Shown: positions 38,082-52,068 of the stretch, one piece after another
Numbering within the stretch: position 1 is the stretch's first letter
Layout of the letters: each line of letters begins with the position of its first letter
Assembly: GCF_009914755.1 (NCBI RefSeq)
Contig: NC_060941.1
DNA: 64,000 nt
Direction: 5' to 3' (one strand)
Source: the human T2T-CHM13v2.0 reference genome, Homo sapiens
Notes under the pieces: generated by a model
Database searches by the model: none
What the model saw: the letters and a program-made list of their open reading frames with translations, nothing else
What the model was told of the DNA's origin: nothing
Program-made: the position numbers and the translations under genes

Positions 38082-40190
38082 GCCGCCAACTTTATATTTT
38101 AACTTTTACTCATCTGTCATCAAGTGTATGTCTGCATTTAATATAAACACTTATGTGTCCCTGCCCATAATCCTGAAGTATACCCATCAGACATGGAAAT
38201 TAACAATTACAATATAAATTATTTTTTTCTAATTCTCTTATCCAGATTTTTGTGTAGAAACTAAAGCTCTAATTTCTTGGTCTCATAATCATGTTTCTTC
38301 TTTTGGCCTCTGGTTATTTTGTGTCCCAACTTGGGTTATCATTTCTGCCTCCAGCTCTCAATCCACTTACTCATTTCCAGTCATCCAGCTGCCTAAAATG
38401 TGGAAGTGAGTTTGGGCTAGGGGTAGAACTGGAGCTGTAAATGAATTAATACATTATGATATCCTAGACCGCCATCAAAAATTGTGATACTTAGTTGAGT
38501 AGGACTTGAACTGAACTGCTAAGCATTTCAAATACTCTCTAAAAAAAATACCTTTCTCATTTTGCAAATGTTAGGATGAATAACCGAGTTGTTATAAACT
38601 GGTAAGAAAAACCCTCCTGCTCTCTTCTTTTTGGGATGGGATTATAGAGTGTATCCTTGGGGTTTTTGTTGTTATTGGCTTTAAAATTAATATATATTTT
38701 TGAAACAGGGCTGAATGTAGCACTGAGTAGAAGTATATGCAATCTTATAATTGGAAACAATGTTAGAGGTTAGTTAATTCTAAACCTAATTCTGAAGTTT
38801 TTGTTTGTTTTTCTGGGCTCTTACTAGGTAACTAGTAACAACACATTCTGCTTCATGACAGAGCCCATTTCTTTGTTGAATCACTAATTGTTAATTCTCA
38901 ACTCGTAGTTTTTTTCTATTCCTGTCTTTAAATAATGAGAATATTCATTTTTATGACCAGATATACTGAATTTATTAATTTTCTTCCATCATTTCACATC
39001 AGCATTCCGTTACATCAGTATACAGTCATGTATTCATGTGCATGACTGTATCTTGGACCTAAATATTATGTAATGTTATTCTAAATGTTTGGAACTTTCT
39101 TCATGTTGCACAAGAATCTTACCATATCTTCCTCCCTTTATTCCCAACTATGAACTTTTCTTCACGATCATTAAATCATCACACCATATGCAGAACAATA
39201 GTTAATTAGTTAATTAGGGACTGAACTAGATTTTCTCTCCTAACTAGATTCTGTGGTCAGCTTTTTCAGTGCTGTATTCGTTTTCATTATAGACTTTCCC
39301 CAGCTCTACCTGAACCCTAAATCACCTCCATAGTGCTGGAATATACCAATTTATTTCATTTGTTCATTTATTTAATCATTCATGTACCATTTACACACCT
39401 AGCCTTGGGCTAGATAGTGTGGGAATCTGATTGTATGAAAAGAAAGCAGAGTAAGTCATATTCATGATTGACAAAGATGTGGAAACAAAGCACGGAAGCT
39501 TGGAGTGGTGTCTGAACAATATTCCCATGGTTTTGTTATCATGGATAGCTGAGTCACATTTGGTTTTATGTCTCAGAAAGGTTGAAGGGAGTTGACATAT
39601 GCAGCTGTAAACACTAACGTCTGTTGAATGCTTTGTTGTTTTCACATATGTTTTCTTCCCAGTAATCTTCGGGATTTGGTGGTATTATCTATCCCCTTTT
39701 TCCAGATAGGAAAATGAAATTTAGTGTGTTTGACAAAAGTTACACAGCCAACAAGTAGCAGAGATGGGATTCCAGAGACAGAAATCTTGCTGTTCCTTCT
39801 ATTTTATTAGAAGTGGTCCAGATATGAAGATATATATATGCTTTTTAAATAAGATTTTTGACAGGATAAGATGTGTGATAAGGTGAAGGCTTAGGAACTA
39901 CACAGTTAAGCTGTACAAAGACACAAAATACCTAAGTAGATGAAACATGAACTTTCCTCCCAAATCAGAATGCAGTCTGTAATAGGTACTTTCTGAATAA
40001 TAAGAGTTTTAGAAAAGCAGAAAGTAACAACTTTTACAATAGTATGTTTTACAATAAAAATATAGTTTTTCAATAGTTTTACAATAAAAGTGTAGTTTTA
40101 CAATAAAAGTGTTACTTTTATTAGTCACCTTTAAAGAGTGAATAGTAAAAGTGTATTTCCCGAAGTTACAAAGGTTAAAAATATTAAAAT

Positions 40191-40553
<363 letters not shown>

Positions 40554-40876
40554 TTAAAGAAACATTTTTGTTTTGCAGTTGATGACTTAAACATGCATCT
40601 TTTTTGGTGACATGACCTTCAGTTCCAATAATAGACACAAAATCTGAGTTCATGAAAGGAAATAGTAGAAATGAATGTATGTAGTCAGGACTTTTTAGCT
40701 TACCTTACTATCACTGTGAGAGAGACAGTGCTTTCAATTCCTGTTACTGTGAGACACCCTCCAGGGATTTCATTTCACCTAATTTATACAACCACTAGAC
40801 TCAGCTCTTGGTTTGGTTCAGTCAGCCATCCATCAAGGAGCTTATGAGATGTTCCTTTTCTCATTCTTGCAGCAAC

Positions 40877-41432
40877 TATTTATTTATTTAAATTTAAATG
40901 TTATTTAAATTTAAGGGGTACAAGTGCAGTTTTTTTATATGAATATATTGAGTAGTGGTACAGTTTGTGTTTTTAGTGTATCCATCACCCAAACAATGTA
41001 AATTGTACCCATCAAGTAATTTTTCATCATCCACCCCGTTCAACTCCTCCCTCCCTTCTGTGTCTCCAAGGTCTCCAGTTCCGTATTCTGTCCATGTGTG
41101 CACATGATTTAGCTCCCCCTTATAAGCGAGAACATGCAGTATTTGTCTTTCTGTTTCTGGTTTGTTTCACTAAAGATAATGGCCTCCAGTGTATCCGTGT
41201 TGCTACAAAAAAAAAAAAACATGATTTCATTCTTTTTTTAATGGCTGTCACTGTCTATTGTGTATATATGTCACATTTTTAAAAATGTGGACATTTAGGT
41301 TGATTCTGTGACTTTGCTATTATACATAGTGCTGCCATAAGCATACCAGTGCAGATACCTTTTTGATATAATGATTTATTTTTCTTTGGGTAGATACCCA
41401 GTAGTAGGATTGCTGGATCAAATGGTAGTTCC
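40877..41432 (-). mobile_element. L1 3' end (L1PB/L1MA-type)
   Basis: ggggtacaagtgcag...tccatcacccaaaca...gagaacatgcagtatttgtc...gattgctggatcaaatggtagtt. Confidence 0.85.
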
Positions 41433-42039
41433 ACTAATTAGAGATTAATCTTGCTGTTGGGTAATATTGAGCTTCTGAAAGTTCCGTCACTTATTCAAAG
41501 CAGTGAATAATCCTTAATACTGAAGTTGGTAACTTCTATGTTGCCACTATCTTCAACCATGCATACTTCTTTCTAGGATGGAACCAACCTCAAAAAGAAA
41601 AGTCCAAAGTACAGCTTGGATTTGGTTTAGATAAGTTATTAGGTCACTCAGTTGCACAGGTTCCTAAAAGTCATTTTCAGGCTTTGTAGGTAGGTGGAAA
41701 AAAGAGCTTGATAATAATTGAATAATGGAAGTAACTTTTAGCCTATATTTTACAAAAAAGACCTACCATTTATCTTAACAGTGCTGAAACCTAGTATCAC
41801 TTAAAAATTTTTCTAATACATAAAATTTGAGAATTTCATAGCAGGTAAACTCTTATTTTAAACATCTTTTGAGGTTGGGCAATAAATTCTAGTGCAGAAA
41901 GCACTGTTCTGAGTAACTTGTGAATGTAGAAGTTCATCAGATTATAGAAGGCAGTGATGCTGGCTGAAGCAAGTTACCTCCCCCTTTTTTATCCTTACTT
42001 CCACCCCTCTTCTCCTTTCCCTCTTCTTTCTCCTTGCAA

Positions 42040-45000
42040 GTTTTAAATGCAGCTTATGGAGGTAAAATTGACATCTGATAAACTTCCCACATGTAAAGTG
42101 TACAGTTTGATATGTTTGAACAAATGTATACACCTGTAGAATTATCACCAAAATCAAGGTAATGAATATGCCCATCACTTACGAGTTTCCTTACACCACG
42201 TAGGTAATACCTGCCACCTCTCTGCTGTCCCCATTCTCAGATAACCACTGACCTGCTTTATGCCATTATAGATTAATTTGTATTTTTCTAGATTTTATGT
42301 AAACGGAATCTTACAGTATGTACTTCTCTTTTTCAGTTTGTCGTCTTTCATTCAGTATAATTATCTTGCATTTATCAGTCATTTATTTCTTTGTATTGCC
42401 AAGTACTATCTGTAATGTTCCATTATGCAGATCTATCAGTTTGTTACTCATTTACCTGTTGATGGCCATTTGGATTGTTTTCAGTTTTTGTCTGTTACTA
42501 ATAAAGTTGCTTTGAGCATTTATGTACAATTGTTTGTACATAAGCTTTTATTTTCCTGGGGTAATTACATGGGGGTGGAATGGCTGGATCATATGGTAGG
42601 TGTATGTTTAACTTTTTAAAAAATGGACAAACTTTTTTCTAAGGTAGTTGTACCATTTTATACTTTCACCAGTAGTTTTTGAGAGTTCAGCTTCTTCCAT
42701 GTCTATTCCAGCACTTAGTGTGATGTGTTGTGTTAATCTTTAGCCGTTCTAGTAAATGTGTGGTGGAATCTCTGTATTTTTAATTTGCATGTTTCTAATG
42801 ACTAACAGTGTTGAATGTCTTTTCATGTGCTTATTTACCAACCGTATATCTTTGATGAAGTTCCTGTTAAAATCTGTTGTACATTTTTATTTAAATTGGG
42901 TTTTTTTGTTATTCGGTTTTGGGAGGTTTTTAAAAATGTGTTTTGAATACAAGTTTATTATCAGACCTATGATTTGCAGATACTGTCTCCTGTCTGCGCT
43001 TATCTTTATATATATCTATTCTTCACAGTGTTTTTGGAGAGCAAAAGTTTTTAATGTTGATATAGGCCAATTTTTAAATTTGTGTATTGTGCTTTTGATG
43101 TTGTGTATAAGAGCTCTTGTCTAACTCAAGCTCACTTAAGATTATCTCTTATGTATTCTCCTAGCAGTTTTATAGTTTTAGGTATCACATTTATACTTAT
43201 CCATTTGGAGTTAGTTTTTATATATATCGAGAGTTATATATTGATGATTTTTTTTTGCATGTGGATATCCTTTGCACCTTTATCAGATATCAGTTGTCCA
43301 TACAGATGTGTGTCTATTTCTGGAGTATCTGCTCTGTTCCATTGATCTGTTGTTTTTCTGTCTTTGCACTGATCTCACATGGTCTTGGACTACTCCAGCT
43401 TTATAGAAAGTCTTCAGATTTGAGAGTGTTGGTCCTTAAACTTTGTTCTTTTAAAAGTTGTTTCGGCTCTTTCATATCCTTTCTATTTTCATGTGGATTT
43501 TAGAATCCACTTGTCGATTTCTACCAAAAAACCCGAAAAAAACCAACAACAAAAAAACAACCTGCTGAAATTTTTATTGGGATTTTTCTAATTTGTAGGT
43601 CTACTGGGGGAGCATTGATATCTTAACAGTATTAAGTCTGTTGACCCTTTTTTGTGGCATCTCACTTTATTATTTTACATCTTCTTTAATTTTTCTCAGC
43701 AATATTTTATAGTTTTCGCTGTATAAGTCTTTCATGCTTTTGCTAGAGTTGCCCTTAAGTGTATAATATTTTTAATGCTAATACGTATTTTTAAATTTAA
43801 TTTTCTCATGTGACTAAATGCACAAATATCATTTGATTTTTTTATATTGATCTTGTGTGCAGCAACCTTGCTAAACTCAAATTCCAGTAGCTTTTTTTAC
43901 CTGCCTTCAGATTTACTACATAGATCGTCATTTTGTCTGTGAATAAAGAGAGTTACTCCTTTCTTTCCCAATTAGTTCCTTTATTTATTTTTGTCTTGCC
44001 TTATTGCACTGGCTGGAACCTTCAGTATGCTGTTGAGTAGATACAGTGAGAGTAGACATCCTTGTTTTTTTTCCTGATCCTAGAGGGAAAGCATTCATGT
44101 TTCCTTCATTAAATATGATATTAGCTGTGGACTTTTCATATATATATATTTTTAATCAGGTTAAGGAAGTTTCTTTTTACTCCTAGTTTGCTGAGAGATT
44201 TTGTCAGGAATGGATGTTAGATTTTTGTCAAATTCTTTTTCCAGATCCTTGAGATGTTTTTGAGATGTATGGTTTGTTTGTTGTTTTAATAATGGTGAGT
44301 TATATGAATTGATCTCAGATATTAAACATAGCTTTTATTTCTGGGAGAAATCCAGTTGGTTAGGATGTTTTATCTTTTTTATCTATCATTGGATTCAATT
44401 TGTTAAATTACTAAAATTTAGCTAATTTGCTAAAATTCATTTAAAATTTTTGTATCTATGAGAGACATTGATGTATAGTTTTCTTTTCTTATTTTTGTCT
44501 GACTTGCATCATTGTAATGCTAGCCTCATAGGATGAGTTGGGAAGTATTTCTTCTTCCTGAATTTTCTGGAAGAATTTATATAGAATTGGTATTATTTTT
44601 TCTGTAAGTATTTGATGGAATTTACCAATGAAGCCACTTGAACTTGGCAATTTCTTTGTGAGAATATTTTTGACTGAATATCCAGCTTCTTTCAAAGATA
44701 TAGTTCTATTCAAGTTACGTATTTCTTGTCGAGTGATCTTTGGTATTTGTTTCTTTGAAGAAATTTATCCCTTTCATCTAAATTATCAAATTTATTGGAA
44801 TAAAATTATTCATAATATTTCTTTTTTATTATTTTAATATTGGTAGAGTCTGTAGTGTGTTACTTCTGTCTTCCCTGTCTCCCCCTCCCTCCCACTTGTT
44901 TCTGATACTGGTAATTTATGTCTTCTTTTTTTCTTCCCAATTAGTCCAGCTAGAGGTTTATCAATGTTATTGATGATCTCGATGAACCAGCTAGCTCTCA

Positions 45001-47460
45001 GTTAAATGATTTTCTTTTCTTTTCTTATCTTTAAAAAAAAAAAAAAAAAAAAGTCAGGGTCTTGCTCTGTGGCCCAGGCTGGAGTGCAGTGGCATCATCC
45101 TAGCTCAACCCAACCTTGAACTCCTGGGCTCAAGGGATCTTCCCACATCAGTCTCCTGAGTAGCTGGGACTACAGGCATGCACTACCACCACCCTGCTAA
45201 TTGAATTTTTTTTTTTTTTTTTGGAGGTGGGGTCTCACTTTGTTGACCAGGCTAGTCTCAAACTCCTGGCCTCAAGCCATCCTCCCACCTTGGCCCCCTA
45301 AAGCATTGGAATTACAGGTGTGAGCCATGGCGTCTGGCCTCCGTTACATGATTTTCTGTATTGCTTTTCTATTATTATTTTTTTTGACGGGGAGCGGTGT
45401 TCGTTCTGATTGTGGTTTCTTCCTTTTACTTATTTTTGCTTAATTTGCTTTTTTTGTTTGTTTCTTAAGGTGGTCCATGTTCCTTTTAAACTGTGAAATT
45501 TTTTAAACATAGACTAAATTACAGAGGAGAAACAGCTACCCAAATCCTATATTGGCATATTTACTCTTTATATGTCTTCAAATATTATAAATAGAATTAA
45601 AGCCCTCATCACATTTCCCTTTCCAGATCTCATCACTACCCTGAGTGTTTCCTTTAACTTGTTTGTTTAGGTCATCCATATGTGCATTTTCCCCTACATT
45701 TTACATAATATCGCTTTATGTATTTTCACATTTAAGTAAATGGAATCCTATATGCGTTCTTTATTGTACATTTTATTCAACATAGTTTTATTCAACATAG
45801 TTTTCAAGATTTATGTAAATATAGATTCGTAATATACAGATTTAGTTAATTTATTTTAACTGTAGTATTCTAATGATTAAATACACCTTTTTATTTTATT
45901 TTTTTAGAAATAATCATAATGTAGATTGCTTCTCATTTTTTTATAATTATAAACAGCACAAAAATGAAGAATTGTTTTGCATGTCTCTTTGACAACTTAG
46001 GTTACAGATTATTTAGCATATGTCCCTGGAAATACAGTTACTAAATTTAATGATACAAATGTCTCCAACTGGAGTACCGACTTAAATTTCCACCAAAATT
46101 TCTATATCAATAATTGTATTTGGTATCAGCCATTCCTGACTGTTAGTAGCTTGCTTACTTTATAGTTTCAGTTGTTAAGGTTACCTCATGATCCACATTG
46201 GCTCCTAGAGTTCAGCTATCATGTCCACACGAAGGAAAAGAAAAGGGAAGAACTAAAAGGATTTTCCTGGAGTCACAAACCAGTGGTTTTGTGTTGATAC
46301 CTCTTTGGCTGCCTTTCTATACTTTAAAGACTGGGAAATGTAGATTTTAGCCACATACATTGTACAGAGGAAAGGGGGAATGGTTATTTAGTATGCCATC
46401 AGCATTTACTGTCACAGATCTCCTTTTACCTGGTGTGTACTAACATTTGATAATAAACGTTTAATTTTTGGCAGTTTGAAATGGTATCTCACTTTTAAAA
46501 TTGCATTTCCTTGATTGGTGAGATACAGAATTTTTTACATGTATTTAGGCTTTTTTTAAAAAAAAATTGCCTTTGATATAATTCTACTGAGTTTGGTCTT
46601 TCCCTAATTAGTTTAGCATAACTCTTTATTATTCAGGATACTGATCTTTTGTTTCTTTACATCCAAATAGATGTTTTTGTCTCTTATTTTTAAACTTTTG
46701 GTATGTTGTCCTTGTTTATACACAAGTGTTCATTATTATGGGGTTAAATTTAACAGGTCTTATCCTTTGTGATTTGTTGTTTTTATGTGTGTTCTTGGGA
46801 AAAATTTTTTTCCTATATAAAAGTCATGGAGAACTCTTAGAAAAAAAGTTTTAAACTTTTGCTTTTTGCAAAATCCATTTGGGAGTTTTTGTATATATAT
46901 TTGTGAATGATTTAATGTCAGAATTTAATGTTTTTCTATATGGAAGGCCAGTTGTCCCAGCAGCATTCATTGAATAATGCATTCTTTTGCTATGATCTGC
47001 TTTGTTAACTTCTGTCATATATCAGATTTCTGTCTGTGCATGAACTTTTGCATCTGTTTCTTTGGTGTATTTATCTTTTATTTGTGATTGCTTCATAAAA
47101 AGTCTTTGTGTAGTAGGTCAGTATCTCTTCTTTAAAATTATCTTAGTTATTCTTGGCTCTACTTTAATATAAGCTTTAGGGTCAGCTTGTTCAGGTCCTT
47201 GAAAATTTTGATTAGAATTTAACTGAATTCTTAGATTAATTTGGGAGAATTTGACGTGCTTCTCATCTTGAATCTTCACATTTGTAATCATGGTCTGCTA
47301 CTCCATTTGTTCAGGTTATTGTTATGTCCTTTAGTAACATTTTATATTTGTTTTCATAAAGGTTCTGCCTATTTTATTAGATACATTTCCTGGTGACTTA
47401 GTTTATATTTTTATTGAGAATGATATCTTTTTATTTTCGAATTAGTTATTGGTATATGTT
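42040..47460 (-). mobile_element. Long old L1M block (L1MC-type 3' UTR/ORF2 to ~45470, further L1ME-like and MLT1 fragments beyond)
   Basis: Minus-strand ORF2 remnant at 44489-44713 (GFIGKFHQILTEKIIPILYKFFQKIQEEEILPNSSYEASIT); typical L1 3' UTR at 42050-42850. Confidence 0.82.
45011..45339 (-). mobile_element. AluJ inside L1, TSD GTTA(A/C)ATGATTTTCT
   Basis: cagggtcttgctctgt...cttgaactcctgggctcaag...ggcc. Confidence 0.9.
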
Positions 47461-47924
47461 ATTGGTTATATACGGATCTTTAGGAACCCTTCCTTATGTT
47501 ACCTTAGTAGTTGAGTTGTTCATCATTCTCCAGCTTTTTTTCCCCCAATAAACCCACATTTATTCACTTCTTCTGCATTTCAGACCTGTGGTCATCCTGT
47601 TTTCTGCTTGAGCATGACAGTCATGCTGCTGTCACTACCTTTTTCAGGCAGCTCAGAGCATTTCATTTTTTAAATGCAGCTCATTGCCATTGTGTTGTTT
47701 GTATGACCAAAAGGAACTGTCAGAGAGATAAGAAGGTTACATTAGGTTATGTTCCTTAAAAATCACAAAGACCTCTCTATCTCATTGCTCTTTTCTGTCC
47801 CCCCTTCTCATCTTCAGTTCTCGGTTTACTTGTTACCTTTATTCTCCCACTCCCATGTCCATCTTTCTCTTTTATTTGCCCACATTTCCCTTCCTTCTCC
47901 CTTCCATTTGGTAACTATAGTTTT

Positions 47925-48130
47925 TAGCACCTGCCAGGCACTTTAGTTTGTGCTTTGCATATGTTAACTCATTTGCCCTTTATCACAGTCCACTGAGGAT
48001 GGTGGGGCAGTCTCATTTCATAGCTGAGGATGCGAGGAGGCCCAAGCTTATATAAGTAGAAAGTAGGAGAGCTTGGATAATGTCAGGCTTTTCAGACTCC
48101 TAATGTCATTTTTTTTTCCGCTTTGCTATA
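47925..48130 (-). mobile_element. MIR
   Basis: agcacctgccaggcact...tgctttgcatatgttaactcattt...ctcatttcatagctgagga. Confidence 0.7.
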
Positions 48131-49104
48131 TTATTGAGGTTGTTTCTTTCTACTGTTTTTATAAGTGGATGAAGTAAATGTGCTGTATGTCTCTAATAAG
48201 ATTTTTTAGTAAACCTATTTAGATAGTGTCTCTAAAATAAAGCTGTGTCTGTTTTGGGTGGAGGGTGTTACTCGATCTTTCATGATAGCCATTCTCATAG
48301 ATCACTCTAAAGAAAAAGAGATTTACAGAGAGAAGAAAGATTTAAATGCAGAAATAATAAGTAAAATTTACTACGTCAAATATGCTTTACAAAAACATTA
48401 TGTATAGCCATGTATCTGTGAATGTTCTAGAAAGTGGTCCTTTTGTAAGAGTGCATGGCAAACGTTGATAGAAGAAACACATTAGGGACAGTGGATTCTA
48501 TTCATGGGTAGTGTATTGTTCTGGGCAAGTAATTTTACTTTTAACAGGCATTAATCTCCTATATAATCCAAGGATAGGATTGATTATATAATTATTATAT
48601 AATCGAAGGATAGGAGATTAATGGGTAGAAAATCTTTGATGATACAGCTGTATTTATAAATAAGTAACAACATACAGAACTGTATAATTTTTTAAAAATC
48701 ATTTTGATAGTATTTTCATTTTTGTAAGGTACTTTGTAGTTCTTGTTCATCTGTGTATCCTGTACTTTTACAGTTATAATCATGGTATCTACTTTTATTT
48801 TTTATTTTTTCATGACTCATGCATCTCTCTCATGAACTGTATTCATTTTCAAAAAAATTGATTTTAGATAATCTCTTTAATGTTGTTGTATTCCCTTTTG
48901 TGAGATAGTTCCTCGGTTTCTAGTTTTGTTTTGTTTTTTCTTTTTGTAATTTATGGAACATTTAAGTTACATTCCCAGTCATAGGATGATTCTATAAAAT
49001 GGTATCAACACATTTATTTCTGTTTTATTGTCAAATTGCTTTCAAATTGGTTTAAAACAATCTATAATGCAAGAAATGTTTGAATGATTCAGTTTAATTA
49101 TAGC

Positions 49105-49340
49105 CAGCATCCAGTCATTTAACAAGTATTTATTGAGTCTTTGTTCTGGCAGAGGTTACATTCTAGTAGGGAATATATGAGACAAACATAATAAATAAGT
49201 AAATTACACTTTATATTAGAGGATGATGAAGGCTTTACAGAACAGAGCAGGATAAGGGAGTGCCTGATGGGATGACTTGCGCTTTGCATCAGTTAAAGTA
49301 GGCCTCACTGAGAAGGTGGCATTTGTACGGGGTCTTGAGG
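49105..49340 (-). mobile_element. L2 3' fragment
   Basis: cattt aacaagtatttattgag...acattctagtaggg...ggcctcactgagaaggtggcatttg. Confidence 0.72.
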
Positions 49341-49782
49341 CATGGGATTTACTTTGTGTATTTTTGTCTTTTTCCTTTTTTTTTTTTTTTTTTTGGCTAA
49401 TTTAAGAAGTTTATGTAGTCTCTTAAGATTACTGTCATCTATTTTCATTGTTAGTAAGAATGGTTTTCTACACATTTCCTATTTTTTTTTCTATTTTGGC
49501 AAAATTTGAAATTTTAATGAAAGCACAGAAGTTTTCTGTGTAAGCCTGTCCCTGTCCATACAATTAAAGAGTGGGGAAAATTGGCTTTAACTACATTGTT
49601 TATGTTTAAACCTGAGTAGAATATTCTGTTGAAGGCTTTAACAAGAAAACAAAAATTATTACTAGTTTGACATTTGAAATAAGCAAGAATAAGATTGCTC
49701 CTTTCTATTGTATTTCCATTTTAAGTAAAGGCAAGGTGATATTTAAGATGTATAAGAATAACAGATATTTGTTATTTTATAG

Positions 49783-49902
49783 GGTGACTGTTGGATCTGT
49801 ATGGAACTCATGTCTACCTCGTTTGATAAGTTTTACAAATATGTATATAGTGTATTAGATGATGTTATTCCAGAAGAAATTTTAGGCAAAATCACTTTAG
49901 CA
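49783..49902 (+). CDS. MAP2K4: MAP2K4 coding exon 5 (120 nt; G172-A211)
   Basis: ttttatag|GGT GAC TGT...TTA GCA|gtaagt; GDCWICMELMSTSFDKFYKYVYSVLDDVIPEEILGKITLA. Confidence 0.98.
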
Positions 49903-50266
49903 GTAAGTACCTGGTCTTTAAATTATTCATTGTGTATATAGTTATATAGAGATGCTGCTGGAGTTTTGAATGCACATATTTGAGTGTCACTCACAGTACC
50001 TTCCTGAAAATAATTCATAGTTAATAACCAGAGACAAAGTCACTTCTGTGGGGTAGTTAACACAATAGGTCATAATGGTCTCGATAAATACTGCCAATGT
50101 TCTTTCCCTTTGAATCTCAATGAGTCATAACAGACTGTTCTGTAAATAAAGCTAGGAAAAGCAATTTTCTGTTCATTTTTTCCTGTTGCTTTAACTATTT
50201 TTAAATAGGTTATATTACCACAGTTATCCTGAAATTAATCAGAATCACAGCAGTCTCCTTGAAGCC

Positions 50267-50380
50267 CCATAATTGAAGCCCTTGGACAAAGTTTGTTTAC
50301 TGTGATTTAAGATTTTGGTTACTCCATAATTGAAGCCCTTGGACAAAGTATGTTTACTGTGATTTAAGATTTTGGTTATT
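50267..50380. repeat. 57-bp tandem duplication (2 copies, 2 mismatches)
   Basis: ccataattgaagcccttggacaaagt(t/a)tgtttactgtgatttaagattttggtta(c/t)t at 50267 and 50324. Confidence 0.95.
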
Positions 50381-50999
50381 CAGTCTAAACTATTTAAAAT
50401 TTTGACTAGCAGTTTCAGGGGCCAGTGTTACTACTAAATTTGGTTAACTCACTTTTACCAGAGTACCAAAAAAGAAAATAGCTACTTTTTTACATATGTG
50501 TTTATAGTTTTGAAAGTGAATTGATCACTTTGTTTCTTGCTCTGAATCTTTTGTAAATTTTTTTTCCTAAAGGAAAAAGATAATTTACTTTTTATAGAGC
50601 AAAATTCATAAGATTCTTAGAAACTCCTGAGAATCTGAGCTAATGGCATGTTCTAGGTTAGTTGATATATAAACTAAATCATACAGGAAATTGTAAAATA
50701 GATACTTTGGTTGCATGTAATTTCCTAGCTCTTCCTTACCTGCATACTCCCCCTCCAATGTAGTTCACCAAGATATATACTCTTTCAAATAATTTCATAA
50801 AAAGATTTTATGAAATCATTTTATTTTTAAATTTTATAAAAATAATTGTATAAAAAGAAGCTAACTTAGACTAGAAACTTATTATTTAGCGGGGTATATG
50901 AAATTTTACAATGATTAGTTTAGCCATCTCTCTCTAATATATTAAACCCGTGTTATCTTGAAACTTACTATTTGTAATAATTATAATAATAGAAAAATG

Positions 51000-51215
51000 A
51001 TAATAGCTAATGGTTATTAAATGCTTATTTGCATCAAACTATTTGTGACATTAAATCTTCATAGTAACTCTCTGTGGTAAATAGTGTTACCTCATTTTTA
51101 TGAATGATAAATCTGAAGCATAGACAGATTAAATAATTAATATGCTTTGAAGTGTGTAAGTGGTAAATAATCTAAATCCAGGCAGCCTGATCCCAGAACC
51201 CTGCTCTTAACCGCT
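51000..51215 (-). mobile_element. MIR
   Basis: taatagctaa...ctcattttatgaatgataaatctgaagcatagacagattaaataa...aaatccaggcagcctgatcccagaaccctgctcttaacc. Confidence 0.75.
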
Positions 51216-51842
51216 GTATAACAGGGTGACCATGAAATTAGAAAACAGAAAATTATTTTATCATATATTGCAATATAAAGAATATATACTGTAAAAAATG
51301 ATTTATTCCATATTTGCCTAAGTCAAGACTTGGTGATCACTTTATATATATTAAGCACACATGTAAAATACTTTGTGTTTAGTCTCTTCTTGCTAATTAA
51401 TAAACCAGCAAACAAGCATAGCTATTCACAACAAATTTATGTGTTCTACATTTCTTGTACCTAGCAGCTTGACGTCAGCAAAGACGTCACCTTACAGCAA
51501 ATAGTTGGCCTGTTGTTTAGTTCTCTTTTAGTTTGAGGTTGTGTCTCTTTTCCTTCCCTTCCTGAAGAAATGTGTAATTTTCTGATCATGATCAGTGACC
51601 AGGCAACAGGATAAATTCCCACAGTGGTGAACAGAGTTTACACTAGCTCTTCAAACATCACCTTGAAGGCTTAGCATCCAATGAGGGTGGATGATGATGA
51701 GGAACTGAGAGTTTAGAAAACTTTTTTATTTACTACTGGACTTAGAAATTGAAATCGATTTTGCTGCAAGTTATTACTCTTAGTTGAAATGGAACCAACT
51801 CAGTGATCATTGTTGTCCTGTTTTTATTTTTGAACATTTTAG

Positions 51843-52068
51843 AGGCCAGGCACAATGGTTCATGCCTGTAATCCCAGCAGTTTGAGAGGCCGAGGCAGAA
51901 GGATCGCTTGAGCCCAGGAATTTGAGATCAGCTTGGGCAACATAGTGAGAACCCTGTCCATACTAAAGATGTAAAAAGTTAGCCAGGCATGCATCTGTAG
52001 TCCCAGCTACTTGGCAGGCTGTGGTGGGAGCGAGACCCAGTCTCAAAATAAAAAGGGAAAAAAAAAAA
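51843..52068 (+). mobile_element. AluJ with right-arm deletion
   Basis: ggatcgcttgagcccagg...tagtcccagctacttggcaggctgtggtgggagcgagacc. Confidence 0.88.

Noticed and set aside
40030-40120. Repeated TTTTACAATAAAA units resembling a spaced repeat array
   Set aside because: Degenerate slippage minisatellite in eukaryotic DNA; no unique spacers, not CRISPR.
42318-44837. Cluster of hydrophobic + strand ORFs
   Set aside because: Antisense translation of T-rich old L1 sequence.
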